The translations under genes and the position numbers were made by a program. A DNA stretch of 63,113 bases, filler included, from Asterionella formosa (lineage: Eukaryota), in NCBI GenBank assembly GCA_002256025.1. It is 21 parts of 21 records of this genome, joined end to end, with 100 filler letters (N's around TTAATTAATTAA, not from the genome) between each part and the next. Parts side by side here need not be neighbours in the genome. Positions count along the whole stretch, not along the records: positions 1 to 2,922 come from NKIB01014655.1; positions 3,023 to 5,937 come from NKIB01014656.1; positions 6,038 to 8,953 come from NKIB01014657.1; positions 9,054 to 11,968 come from NKIB01014658.1; 17 more parts are not named here. The stretch is one strand, 5' to 3'. The stretch's first letter is position 1. Every line of letters begins with the position of its first letter. This document shows positions 1 to 10,841 of the stretch, one piece after another. The notes under the pieces were generated by a model. The model worked only from the letters and a program-made list of their open reading frames with translations, made no database searches and was not told the origin of the DNA.

Positions 1-104
1 TTTAACTAGAACATCTCTGGCTACACCTCTTGTGTACCAGTTACTTGCTTTGTATAGTATATACATAATATGATAAATATTTATATAAATATTCACTAGT
101 AATT

Positions 105-1750
105 TCAAGGAGAATTGTGTCTCTGACAAACTCTTCTTCTTTGATCAAGTACCTTAGGTGCAAGCTGGCGCCGCCGCTGCCGTATATTGCTGTGGGGAGC
201 ATTGTGCCGATCTGGAGGTGGAAGATTGGCACGGTCATTATCATTCCCAAACTTCTCAATGTTACTCCGCTGAACATGTTTAGACCATGAGCTGATAGTA
301 AGAACTTCAGGTCTTGTTGAACGCTCCCAAACATATCCAGCTCTTGCCTTGAGATAATAAGTTCCCTGCAGAAATGATTGCTCAACAAATTCTGGTGTAA
401 CATTGTGTGACCCTGTTGGAATCTCCATGTCTGGTGCTTGTTCCATCATTTGGAAAATTGGTCTCCACTCTAATTTCAGTCTATCCCGGAGCTTCTTGTC
501 AGGGGATAGTGACGGTGGATCAAGAAGGCGAAATGGTCTGACAATGCCTGGTTGTCCATTTAGCCATAGACTCCACCCTGTCCGGCGGAGAATCTTTTCA
601 GGAAACTGCCAACCCCTTGGGACCTGTCAAAACTTTCCATCATAGCAGTACAAAGTATGACCTATCCCATCTTGTTGGTGTTCTTGTTCAGGGAGTGGTC
701 GATTTACCTGATCATTTGTTATTCCACCTTGTTGAAGCTGATCACAAAGCACCTGTTCAAGCTGTTTGTGATGCTCTTTCAACCGATTGTTTAGAAAATC
801 GATTGTAATGACACCACCACGGATGTCATGCTCTTCAATTGCTTGAACTACAGAAGCTTTGATTTCCTCTGTCTGATGCATCATCATTGATGTTATCTGA
901 GTGACTTTTAGAAGAATCTCACTCAATTTTTGTGAGTGATCAATATGTGGTGGGATCCCTGTGGCTTGGGGCACGTTGTCAGTTCTATCAAGTGTCACAA
1001 ATTTTTGCAAGCGCTGAAGGAGGCCAGGATATTGCAATAGTGGAATTGCTGAAAATGGGTGGTTTGGTTGTTTCTCAATTACAGGTTTAACAAAGGCATC
1101 CATGTGATAAACAACTGATGCAAGGAAGTAGAGTAAAACACCAATTATACCCCCACTTTGTCTCTCCTCATACAAGTCAATGATGCAACCAAAACATATC
1201 TGTAATGCCTGCTTGACATCATCATTTTCCATACCATAAATGAAATGTGGTGGGAGAACCGCGAAATCAACTGCATTAGGTGCTGGGAGGCCTGCAAGAC
1301 ATCGCCCAAGGTATTGATCACCAGGTTCTGCAAACAAAAAATATATGTCAAAGATAGTTCCTTGGCTCCATTCACCTCGTCTAGCCACTGATGGAAGTGG
1401 TGGAGGAACAGTGGTTCCACTTGTTGCATGGGTAGCAGACCCTTTCCTGAGACCATGGCTTTTCACTCGCTCAGCACGACAGTATTGTCGAACTTCGTCA
1501 TGATGACCTGCCAGAAGTTCAACAAGCTGTTGACAGTATCGATGAGCAGCACTTCCAAGAGTACCATTATCAAGGAATATGGAGTCACGATCCTTAGTAA
1601 AAGCTTCATTATGAAGTGACAACCAGATTCAAAGTGCAGTTGCAGGGCAAATGTGTGGCTTAAAGGGATTGGAATATAAATTCTTAGGGCTAACATGATC
1701 ACCAGCACTGTCAGCCTTTGAATCATCATATGTTATCTTGAGGGAATTGA
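105..1750 (-). pseudogene. Crypton (CryptonS-like) tyrosine recombinase, 5'-truncated, with two in-frame TGA stops
   Basis: ORFs 1629-1841, 627-1622 and 105-449 share one frame and are separated by TGA at 1629-1631 and 627-629. Motifs: DSKAD, NP..P..CP, SHGLRKG (HxxR), RGEW, IFDIY, GDQYLGR. The C-terminal segment F*QVPRGWQFP..GWSLWL..VRPFR resembles stramenopile Cryptons. Confidence 0.8.
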
Positions 1751-1918
1751 AAACGGCCGCTGGCTGGTGCTGTAGAATATCAATTACCGGTACCAGGTAC
1801 CTCCTACCTGGTGCTGCGCTACTGACATTGTACGTCCACAAAGCACACCCAGATAGTTGAAGTTGAAAGTATACACTTGAGTGTATACTTTTGTACGGCT
1901 ACCTGAGGAGCATCGTGG

Positions 1919-2113
1919 TGAGCAATCCTGCACATCGAACCAGATGTATTTAGGGTTAGGGTTATATCAAATATGTCGGAATTGTATAATGAGAGAACTC
2001 GACTAACACCCATTCTATACTTTGATGTCAGTTCAGGAAATGAGTTGTACATAAGGATTAATTAATAAACTCATATATTCAACAAATACTACTACTTCTA
2101 GTTAGATACTTCA
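1919..2113 (+). mobile_element. 5' LTR of a Ty3/gypsy retrotransposon
   Basis: 195 bp, TG...CA. Near-identical to the LTRs at 31832-32031 and 35666-35860, and lies directly upstream of gag. Confidence 0.93.
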
Positions 2114-2152
2114 CTTTGAATTCAAAAAGAGTCGAATTAGAAGACAACAAAC

Positions 2153-2922
2153 ATGGCAATGTATTCAAGGGTTCCTGTGATTCCTTTGATCAAAGACTAC
2201 AATGTATTGACCATCAAAACTAAAACGTTCAGAGTTGCTTTAACCGGTGGAAGGTTTGAATCGTTTGATCAAGATATGATCGATGGAAGCTCAGTGGAAG
2301 CATTGTTAATTGGAGTGAGTCAATTTCGTGACATGGCTAACACATGTGACTTTAGCCCTGCAGATACCTTTTCCTATTTTAAAAGGTGTTTGACAGACAT
2401 TGCCTTATCGGATTGGTTGAATGTGGAAGTACACCCAGAAGATCAATCTTACGATAGTTTCGAAGAAGCGATGGCTTTATGGTTAGACGATCGTTTACCA
2501 AATGAGAGTTTTCAACATCAACGACAATGGATGCTACGTTATTTATCTAAACCCTTTTCTATGTTGGTAATGGATTACGGAGCTCGTATTAAAACTTTAA
2601 ACAGGCTACTTCAACTAATGCCTCATCCAGAAGATCAAGTTGGATTGTCAAAAGAAGATATAAGGATTATCATTATCCGTTCTATGCCTGATGAGTGGCA
2701 ACAAGAGTTTGAATTAAATCATGCAAAGACTTCAGACCAATCGATTCGCTCGGTTCTCGCTTACTTCGAGAGTCAGCAATCGTTTAAGGATCGAAACAAG
2801 CATCTTCCCAAGAACAGTTTTCAAACAATCACACAGAACCGTCTTCGCATTGCTGAAGGCAATCGTGTGATGCGTCAAGAAAACGAGCGTGTCAGTCGTC
2901 AATTCTACAAGGATAATTTTAC
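2153..2922 (+). CDS. Ty3/gypsy gag protein (3' partial, runs into the spacer)
   Basis: ATG 39 bp after the LTR. Gag-like motifs KPFSM.V.DY.ARIK.LN.LL..MP and IIIRSMPDEWQQEF. Confidence 0.85.
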
Positions 2923-3022
2923 NNNNNNNNNNNNNNNNNNNNNNNNNNNNNNNNNNNNNNNNNNNNTTAATTAATTAANNNNNNNNNNNNNNNNNNNNNN
3001 NNNNNNNNNNNNNNNNNNNNNN
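2923..3022. other. Artificial contig-joining spacer (N44-TTAATTAATTAA-N44); 20 such spacers occur about every 3.0 kb
   Basis: An identical 100-nt spacer with stops in all frames recurs at 2923, 5938, 8954, 11969, 14984 and onward to 60112. Contig lengths fall from about 2916 to 2902 bp. Confidence 0.99.
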
Positions 3023-3023
3023 A

Positions 3024-5543
3024 TTTTGCCAAGAAGATCCAGGTACAGCCTACACACAAAAGGATGTTGTAAAAACGGAGCTACTTAGCATTTTACTTGG
3101 TAGTAGGTCACCATTATATCTTTATGATGCAATTCTTAAATGGCATGTCTCTTCTCAAATGGCAGGAATGACGATTTTAGAAGCTGTTCCTCAACGTCGA
3201 AACACATATCTGAAAGATCTGTTTACCCGGTTTGAGATGGAAGACCAAAAACCATGTGTTAAGGCAGTCACCCTCCACTGTGGTAGAAGTGTCGACGTTG
3301 TTTGCTTTGATTTTCTTGTTGCAATCAAGAGCTTACTTTCCAATCCCAGATTGATGCATCCCAATAATGTGTCATTTGATTTTTCTGATCCCTGCAAGGC
3401 TCCACAACCGTCTGATGTCCGTTCAGAATTACACACCGGGAGTTGGTGGATTGACGCTCACAACTGTCTGTGCATTCAACCTAATGATTTTCTCGTCCCT
3501 CTCATGTTTTTCATTGATAGAACACACACTGTGGAAAATTCTAAATTCACCATGGAGCCAGTTTTGTTTTCTCTTGGGATTTTCCGTACAACTGTAAGGA
3601 ACAAAGTCATTGCTTGGCGCCCCCTTGGTCTAATACCAAAACTTGATGGTCAGAGTCTTGCATTGAACAAAAATATGACTGCCGACGATAAGTGCAAGGA
3701 TTATCACACAATTTTGGCAATTATATTGTCGGGAGTTCAAGAGACTCAGAAATCTGGTGGCTTCAAGTATAATTTCAATTTCCATGGCAAACAGCATAGC
3801 CTGGTTGTAAAGGTACCGGTCGGGTTGGTGCTTGGCGATGCGGAAGGATTGGACAATCAGTGTGGGAGGATTAAATATTACCTGAAAACTTTTCGTCTCT
3901 GTCGGGAATGTGATTGTTCATACGACAAATTAGATAAACCATCAATCAAATGCTCTCCAGTAGGGCAAGTGGGTTATGCTGCCCTATTAGGAATGAACGA
4001 CAAAACACTAATGGATGCCGTGTCACAACGTTTTATTACACCTTGCTGGTATGCGCTGGATTTTGGTGGAGATCCATTGGGAATCAATGGCCATTGCCCT
4101 CCTGAAAAGTTGCACTCAATACATGAGGGAATGATGCGTTATCTCATTCTTCTGTTCTCGGTAAAGTTCGGCACTGTTACCTCTGCTCAGGGGTTGAAAA
4201 ATAGAACCGCTTTTGATACATTATTCATAAAAGTGTCAAAGATGATGCAACATCAAAGCGATCGGGATATGCCAAGGTGCAATTTTCATGGTGGATTCCA
4301 TGGATGTTTTCCAAAGATAACAGGAAATGAAACCGTTGGAGTAATGCTTGTTGCTTGTTTGGTAATGGCTACAGACGCCGGAATCAAGCTTTGCAAGGAT
4401 AAGGTTGGAATGTCAATGCAGGAAATAAAAGACATCCAAATAATTTTCGAGGGCATGGTTTGTTATAATTCCTGGTTCAGCCAAGAAAGTTATGACGTAC
4501 ATCGATTGATGGAAATTGATTGTCAATCCATTGTCAAGTACTACACAAAATTAGTCAAGATTTTCCCAAGAGAAACGACAGAGCAAGGCTGGAAAATGAC
4601 AAAGTTTCATCAGCAGATGCATACTGTCCGAAATATCGAACGGTTTGGCAGTCCGCAAGTTTTCAATGGTGGACCAATGGAAAAAAATTTAAAATTCCTT
4701 TGCAAGTTACCAGCTAAAACATCTCAAAAACGACATCACCTAATGGACCTTCAATCTGGACAACGAATTATCGAAAACATTGCCATAGGTGTTGCATGTC
4801 GGGAATTTTTGGGAAAAGATCCTTTTGAACATGACGATACAGATTCGCTCGCCGATGATGGTTCTACTAATGAAACACCAAGCACTGGGACTGACAGTAT
4901 AAGCACATCTACAGGTGGTGCACGCTTTATCTTAAAGTTACAGGAAAATAATGGTGGATTCGCTATTGCATCTGTCACTTCCAATTCGGCGACTATAAAG
5001 ACATCAGGAGTTGACCTTGATTTAATTCGATTTCTAGGAAAGGAAGTGCTTCCCTTCATAACCAAAAAGTCAATTGAGGTCCTGTGTGAACACAAACGAG
5101 ATGGAAATACTTTCCATGCCCATCCCAATTATTTGGGACAGGGGTCTTGGTATGATTGGGCCGACTTCAAATGGATAGACGAGGAAAGTGGTATACCTTA
5201 CATAGTGTTGGGGAAAATCTTTGGTTTTGTATTGCTTGGGCCTGAATTTGATTTTACTGATCCACGATTGTGTGCATCACTCCGCAACGAAACAACTGGA
5301 ATCTTTGCAATTGTGAACTCATGTAAGGATCCAAGTGAGAGTTTATTTAATAGCCGTCGTTCTAAAATGTTTGAGATAGCTCACCTGATGGGTTATGAAT
5401 CAGGAAAGAGAAAACAGCTCATGTTTGTTACAGTCGATTGTATTTCTGCTCCTGCTGTTGTTGTCCCTAATATTGGAGGAATACCTGGGTCGGTATTACA
5501 AGTTAAACCTCAGCATACTTGGCAATCTTTTTTCTCATTTTGA
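3024..5543 (+). CDS. Plavaka-type (CACTA/EnSpm-related) transposase, 5' partial
   Basis: Frame is open from the contig start (FCQEDPG...) for about 839 codons. Motifs: ELHTGSWW, PLMFFIDRTH, EPVLFSLG, AWRPLGLIP, VLGDAEG..NQCGR, CRECDC, LHSIHEG, KFHQQMH..NIERFGSP..FNGGPME, FHAHPNY..WYDWA. Confidence 0.8.
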   Translation, partial: FCQEDPGTAYTQKDVVKTELLSILLGSRSPLYLYDAILKWHVSSQMAGMTILEAVPQRRNTYLKDLFTRFEMEDQKPCVKAVTLHCGRSVDVVCFDFLVAIKSLLSNPRLMHPNNVSFDFSDPCKAPQPSDVRSELHTGSWWIDAHNCLCIQPNDFLVPLMFFIDRTHTVENSKFTMEPVLFSLGIFRTTVRNKVIAWRPLGLIPKLDGQSLALNKNMTADDKCKDYHTILAIILSGVQETQKSGGFKYNFNFHGKQHSLVVKVPVGLVLGDAEGLDNQCGRIKYYLKTFRLCRECDCSYDKLDKPSIKCSPVGQVGYAALLGMNDKTLMDAVSQRFITPCWYALDFGGDPLGINGHCPPEKLHSIHEGMMRYLILLFSVKFGTVTSAQGLKNRTAFDTLFIKVSKMMQHQSDRDMPRCNFHGGFHGCFPKITGNETVGVMLVACLVMATDAGIKLCKDKVGMSMQEIKDIQIIFEGMVCYNSWFSQESYDVHRLMEIDCQSIVKYYTKLVKIFPRETTEQGWKMTKFHQQMHTVRNIERFGSPQVFNGGPMEKNLKFLCKLPAKTSQKRHHLMDLQSGQRIIENIAIGVACREFLGKDPFEHDDTDSLADDGSTNETPSTGTDSISTSTGGARFILKLQENNGGFAIASVTSNSATIKTSGVDLDLIRFLGKEVLPFITKKSIEVLCEHKRDGNTFHAHPNYLGQGSWYDWADFKWIDEESGIPYIVLGKIFGFVLLGPEFDFTDPRLCASLRNETTGIFAIVNSCKDPSESLFNSRRSKMFEIAHLMGYESGKRKQLMFVTVDCISAPAVVVPNIGGIPGSVLQVKPQHTWQSFFSF

Positions 5544-6054
5544 GATTCTAGATATGCATGCACACAACACAGCAGTACTAGTTATTTCTATTAATATATA
5601 TATTAGCTACCGGTAGCTATATGTATGAACGTTGTATGCTACACGAAGGCCAAAGCGAGCGCTGGTCAATGTGTACGACAGGGTCTCCAATAAATCAGTT
5701 CTCGACCATGCCCGGAAGCCTTCCGAAATCAAGAAAATCGTTCCTTGCGTCTGCAAATAAAAAGTCGGTGTCCGTGTCATCCTCATCAATAGAGAGCCAA
5801 GTTCTTTCGTTGGAAAAATTGGTACCGTATCCTATCTCGGTTTAAAAAAATCAATGGTGATCTCGAACAGCCTACGTGCATCCCGACTTGGAAGAATTAT
5901 CCCCATTCTTCCAGTTCCACTTCCTGAGAACACATATNNNNNNNNNNNNNNNNNNNNNNNNNNNNNNNNNNNNNNNNNNNNTTAATTAATTAANNNNNNN
6001 NNNNNNNNNNNNNNNNNNNNNNNNNNNNNNNNNNNNNTAATTCGAGTCTTAACA

Positions 6055-6432
6055 TGGCAAGACAGCGGGAATTGGACTCTGTCATGCAACGCTCTGAACA
6101 CTAACTCGTTTGACGTCTTCTTTGTGGCTTCCATGGAAATTTCCAGGGATGCTAGGATGGTGGCTGTTGGTGCCAGTGCTCATTAAGTGTACAATTTACA
6201 TTGCAAAAGCCATGATGCCTGCTGAATGCAAGAAAGCGAAGAACCCAATTTTGAATCAAAGGAGACGTTTTCTCTACAATCATGTGATGCTAGTACTTTT
6301 AAGTAGCTTTCGATAGAGGCCGATTTCCACCCATTAAATTTTTAGAGCATCTGTACAAACTACAATACTGATAAGGCTAAAACCAATCTGTCAGTTGTCT
6401 AGCAATTCCCGCTCCAGCTATCGTCTTGCCAT
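6055..6432. repeat. Degenerate element with imperfect terminal inverted repeats
   Basis: ATGGCAAGAC..AGCGGGAATTG at about 6055 is inverted relative to CAATTCCCGCTCCAGCTATCGTCTTGCCAT at about 6403-6432. The same motif recurs at about 13790 and 45772. Confidence 0.45.
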
Positions 6433-6439
6433 TCAGGTA

Positions 6440-6855
6440 CTTCTAAGTAATTTTTAGGCTCTAAGTAAAGTAATTTTTATTAAAGGGCAATATGGGGCAC
6501 ATCGAATCTTTCGGCAATAATATTGCCGATATTAGCGTGACAGCCAGAATCACGGTAATATACATAGAAAAGAGTGATTGTAACATGCAACATCAATGAA
6601 AATTGAACATGATGTTTGGAGCAACCAAAGTATGAAATGCAATGCAATAAGTAGCGCGTTAAATGAGAAACAGGAAAAATTGTTTTGGGTTAGAAATGAA
6701 GTAAAAAATAGGAGTTTCAATGGAGACGTATGCATTGTGACTATTGCAGTACTTACACAGGCAATTGGCTGACTTACCATCATCACCACACAATCAAAGA
6801 CCGAAATAAGAAGAAAAAAGCTCAACCCAATTGAAATCTGCATCATTCTAGTTGC
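6440..6855. repeat. Interspersed repeat; inverted homolog at about 22170-22585
   Basis: Shared blocks, e.g. CAATGAAAATTGAACATGATGTTTGGAGCAAC, whose reverse complement lies at about 22383-22414. Confidence 0.8.
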
Positions 6856-7598
6856 ATATTTGAGGCTCGAAAACTCGTCCAACAACGTTTTTCAAGGTTG
6901 ATGTGTCATGAGCAACAAGAATTTCTTGCACTCAACTGGCTGTGCTTCTGTCCCTTCTTGTTTTGCATTCTTTAGACACTTTATCTGTTCCTCATTTGCT
7001 TTGCATCCAGCTTGGACAAGAATACTGCAGGGCTGAATTCGTAAAGTAGAATATTCTACCAAATGTGGTAACAAATTGTATGCAGAATTTTCACCCCCTC
7101 CTCAAAAATGTGGCAAGCAAGGAGTAGAGGAGGGATGAATTACTGTAAATACCTGCAGTTCTGAATAGGACAGTAAAATGTTGGCATACACAAAAGATGC
7201 TACATTTATTTCACAGAAGAATTTTACCTGAAGTGATGTAACCATTTGATCCAAGGTCATCGTCCGATTACATGTAGGGACGAAGTGGGAGTACGACAGT
7301 GGTGATAGCATTGCTCCATACGACTGTTAGCTGGTTGGAGAACGGTGTTGCCTTGCCAGAACAACCACACCACCAGACAATTCCGGATGAGTGAGATCAG
7401 TTTCAAAAGTCACGATGTCCCCCCCCTTTGTTCCTAGGTTTTGGATGTCCTGTTGTTACTTTTTATTGTATACTCTATAATGTAATTTCTATGTTGTATC
7501 TATATGTAACGTACCCCTGTTGCCGCAACTAATGTGTGGAGCAACAACTGTACTGGTGATGACAAAAGTGTTGTGTGAAAAAAGAATATGTACCCAAA

Positions 7599-8339
7599 TC
7601 AGTACTCGCCGTGAGAAAATTTACCCCCAATTTCAAAGCCAAATGCGCTCTCGAGACTGACATCTTCCTCGTCGTCGAGAACGGCGCCTTTCAGTTGGGC
7701 TCGCTCGTAGCTCTCAACATCATCGAGCATTGCCGAAGTGGTTGCAGGCTTGGAAGCGCTGGATACCTGCGAAGTCGCGTCCAAGACGGACTGAATCCAA
7801 GAAGCCAAGTAGGGCGAATCGTCAGAAGGACGAAATTGCATGAGGTCCAAGAACTTGAGCTCTTGGCAAGTCAGCTCCAGGGTTCTGGTGGTTGACCCCA
7901 CCTCATCAGGAATCTCAACAGAGTAGGGAATACCATCCGAAGGCACAGTGCGAATTTTCTTGGTACGTACGATATCCTCCCCAAGATTCACTCTCTTGTT
8001 CGAAGTGGGCTTGGGTGGGCCCATCATTGAGTGAGAATGACGTTTGAGAAAGTTGCGACTCGCAACGGGGAGGGCGCACATTGCGCAGTATCGAAACTTC
8101 CGGCCGCTGGAGGCACAGTGAGCGTTGGAGCAGGAGAGCTCGTTGCCGTGTTTCGCGTCAGCTGGAATATCAATATACGAGTTCCATGCATTGTGGTTGT
8201 CAGATATACCTCGGGCTTTACATGGGACACGCGAGATGCGGCGGGCGCCTGAAGAAGCATTGCTGTTGGTGGTGGGCTGACAGAGGAGGTCATTAACCAT
8301 GTCAGTTTCAGGCAAGGTCGTGATAGAGGATGCCATCAT
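7599..8339 (-). CDS. Hypothetical protein with a Cys/His-rich putative zinc-binding domain (diatom-type family)
   Basis: 246-aa ORF in GC-richer sequence. Motif VPCKARG..HN..YIDIP..KHG..CS...C...G.KFRYC..C..PVA.RNF.KRHSH. Confidence 0.8.
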   Translation of the reverse strand: MMASSITTLPETDMVNDLLCQPTTNSNASSGARRISRVPCKARGISDNHNAWNSYIDIPADAKHGNELSCSNAHCASSGRKFRYCAMCALPVASRNFLKRHSHSMMGPPKPTSNKRVNLGEDIVRTKKIRTVPSDGIPYSVEIPDEVGSTTRTLELTCQELKFLDLMQFRPSDDSPYLASWIQSVLDATSQVSSASKPATTSAMLDDVESYERAQLKGAVLDDEEDVSLESAFGFEIGGKFSHGEY

Positions 8340-9062
8340 CGCATTTGTGATGGAGAGAGATAACCTTCAAAGGACAGCGTATTTTTGTGAAACACATGGC
8401 GGGGGTGCTGAATCGAAACAGAGCAAGATACCGGTACCCGGTACTCTCGCCGGAAACGACGTCGATAATTAATTACCGGTACAAAGTAGTTATGTGAGTG
8501 TATTACCAGTATGTGTGCACCTTTAAATTGATTAGCCATCTATTTTCTGTCGTGGTTGCTAGGTACCAGGGTACCACTTGCTTTCACCCTTGCGACGACA
8601 GGCAGGCGCGTGTAAGCTACAGCTGTGCCGCCGGGCCGCTGCACCATTTCAATCGTTCCAACTTCTTCCTTTTATCAACAACTATATACCAGGGTGGTTA
8701 ACCCTGGTACTGGTATTCCATTGGTGACCTCCTTGATGTTCATAAAAGAGTACCAGTACCAGGGTACCCTGGTACCAGGTACAGGTATACACCAGTACTG
8801 GTACAAGCTGGTATCAATTCATATCTACTCGAGTACGTATAAGCTGTGGAGTACTGGTAATGGTTCAACCGGTCATTTTGATGTACTCCGCATGGGTCCT
8901 CAACGGCTTTCGGAGTAGAGCATGCCCTTGTTTATGGCCTCGTTTCATCAGACNNNNNNNNNNNNNNNNNNNNNNNNNNNNNNNNNNNNNNNNNNNNTTA
9001 ATTAATTAANNNNNNNNNNNNNNNNNNNNNNNNNNNNNNNNNNNNNNNNNNNNTCATATATT

Positions 9063-9677
9063 TTACAAGTATCGAAATTCCACTATAAACTGACGAAACT
9101 TCGTTGACCCAACATTTCGTACAGCATGAGATCCCAGACCCATTTCTCGTGTGATCAATTTGATGTCCCCTTTCTTCTGGACATTAACCACCTTATTTAA
9201 TGCGGGTTTTCCGTCTGCATCCAACTCTTGCGTCTCATTACTTGTCAGATTGTAAAACATGTATGGGTACCGATGAGTGTGATGGGTGCACCGATCGCCA
9301 GGCTCAAGAAGAAATTCATAAATTGTAATATTCTCGTCAGAATGTAAAATTCTGGTACCAACACTATTGTTGCTATCATGGCTAATGGGAGGAACAACTT
9401 CCGCTCCTGGGTATATCATGGATGATTCTCGTAGTATAATGCGGTAGATGTCTTGAGTTCCATCTCTTGCTTCGATCGGAAGCATAGAATCAGCCGTCAA
9501 ATCTCCAGTTGAGGAGCTATCAACTATAAAGTGGCAGTACTCAGCATTATTACCGTCGCTCACACAATAATCTTGAACCTCGTCATTTGAGCCTATGACG
9601 ATGACGCGTTCCAAGAGGAAGTTAGCGTTGTCCAAGAGAGTCTCGGCCACGCTGAAACGTTGAGTTATTGACACCAT
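9063..9677 (-). CDS. Cupin-domain protein, possibly a degenerate bicupin
   Basis: 204-aa ORF with cupin motifs LEPGDRCTHHTHRYPY and GSHAVRNVG...FIVEF. Confidence 0.75.
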   Translation of the reverse strand: MVSITQRFSVAETLLDNANFLLERVIVIGSNDEVQDYCVSDGNNAEYCHFIVDSSSTGDLTADSMLPIEARDGTQDIYRIILRESSMIYPGAEVVPPISHDSNNSVGTRILHSDENITIYEFLLEPGDRCTHHTHRYPYMFYNLTSNETQELDADGKPALNKVVNVQKKGDIKLITREMGLGSHAVRNVGSTKFRQFIVEFRYL

Positions 9678-10841
9678 TGTTTACTTTCCCCGCTGCCTGC
9701 TATACAAAAGTCCTGTTGCATTCGCTTCAGTTCCGCACCAGTGGTGAGATGTTCTAATTTTTTAAACATTGATTCTATCTATATAAATATATGGACTAAA
9801 ATACCGGTAGTACCGGTAGACTCTTTACGGTACCAGGTACCATAAAACCCGGTGTCTTGTATCCCCCCATGGACCTGTACCCCCCTTGTACATCTTGGGA
9901 CAACACTCCCAAATATTTTATGTCTAAAAATACACACATGATATCATAATTTGTAACATAAGAGTTCACCCAATAGCTCATTGATTGTTAATAGCTTTTC
10001 TCTGTTAATTCCCCCATGAGCATAAGCTAAACTCTAATTTAAGCCACATCCTTTGCATTCTTGTTGTTGCACATCACACATTGATAGCCTATTCTAAAAT
10101 GTTCTTTTTTGCTGACAAGAACAAGCTTGCTTCAACTGATGTGAAATGTCAGACTTGGTACTAGCTAGCTTCTTGACATGGCAAGCACAGCACCGCCATT
10201 TGACTGCTAATTGGACAAAAGTGGAGTCCACATCTAGAGTATTTTATTTATTTTACTCATGAAAAGTAATTTTTTGATTGCTATGAATCAATATTATTTT
10301 TCTTTTCCTAGTTTGAGCTAGGGATGGCTCAAATGCATAAACCTTGCTTAATCTAACCAATGACTGTATTTAAGCATATGCAAATTGCTGGAAGTGGTGA
10401 AACCTAAATATACCTTGAACAGCTTTAGGCAGTTGCACATACTTGACAAAATTTACACCTTGAACTGTGTAAGGATGGGCTGCAACCTTATAACATAATA
10501 GTAAAGATAGCGTCTAATATTATGACTTGACTAATATATGTGTTAATCATTTTTATAGCGCATTCTTACTAGTCTATTTTCAGACTTGTCGTCATTGTGC
10601 TCCATGGCCCACCATAAAAGGTAAGGCAGTGGAATTTTGGATAGGCAGTCACTTCCTTGTGCAGAAGTAGGGTGAAAAAAATTGTGATAGTGTTGTTCTT
10701 GGATTGTTTCTCATATAGTGCACTGTTTATTCAGCCGGAGAATTGGATAGCCAGTGGTGATTGGGTAAAGGAATTTCTTTATGTCACCAGTCCTTGGTGC
10801 TGTTTCTCTGTTGGTTTCTTTTGTTTTGATTGGTCTGTCAC

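Noticed and set aside
627..1631. In-frame TGA codons as an alternative genetic code, selenocysteine or readthrough
   Set aside because: TGA ends intact ORFs elsewhere (e.g. 5541-5543), Trp is encoded by TGG in the same gene, and the gene is also 5'-truncated. Nonsense mutation is the simpler explanation.
2967..2978. Regularly spaced TTAATTAATTAA (every ~3 kb) as a biological repeat or array
   Set aside because: Always embedded in N runs of fixed length. It is a concatenation linker, and ORFs containing X runs are truncated by it.
2153..5543. gag plus the 794-aa ORF as one novel composite element
   Set aside because: They lie on different contigs separated by the artificial spacer.
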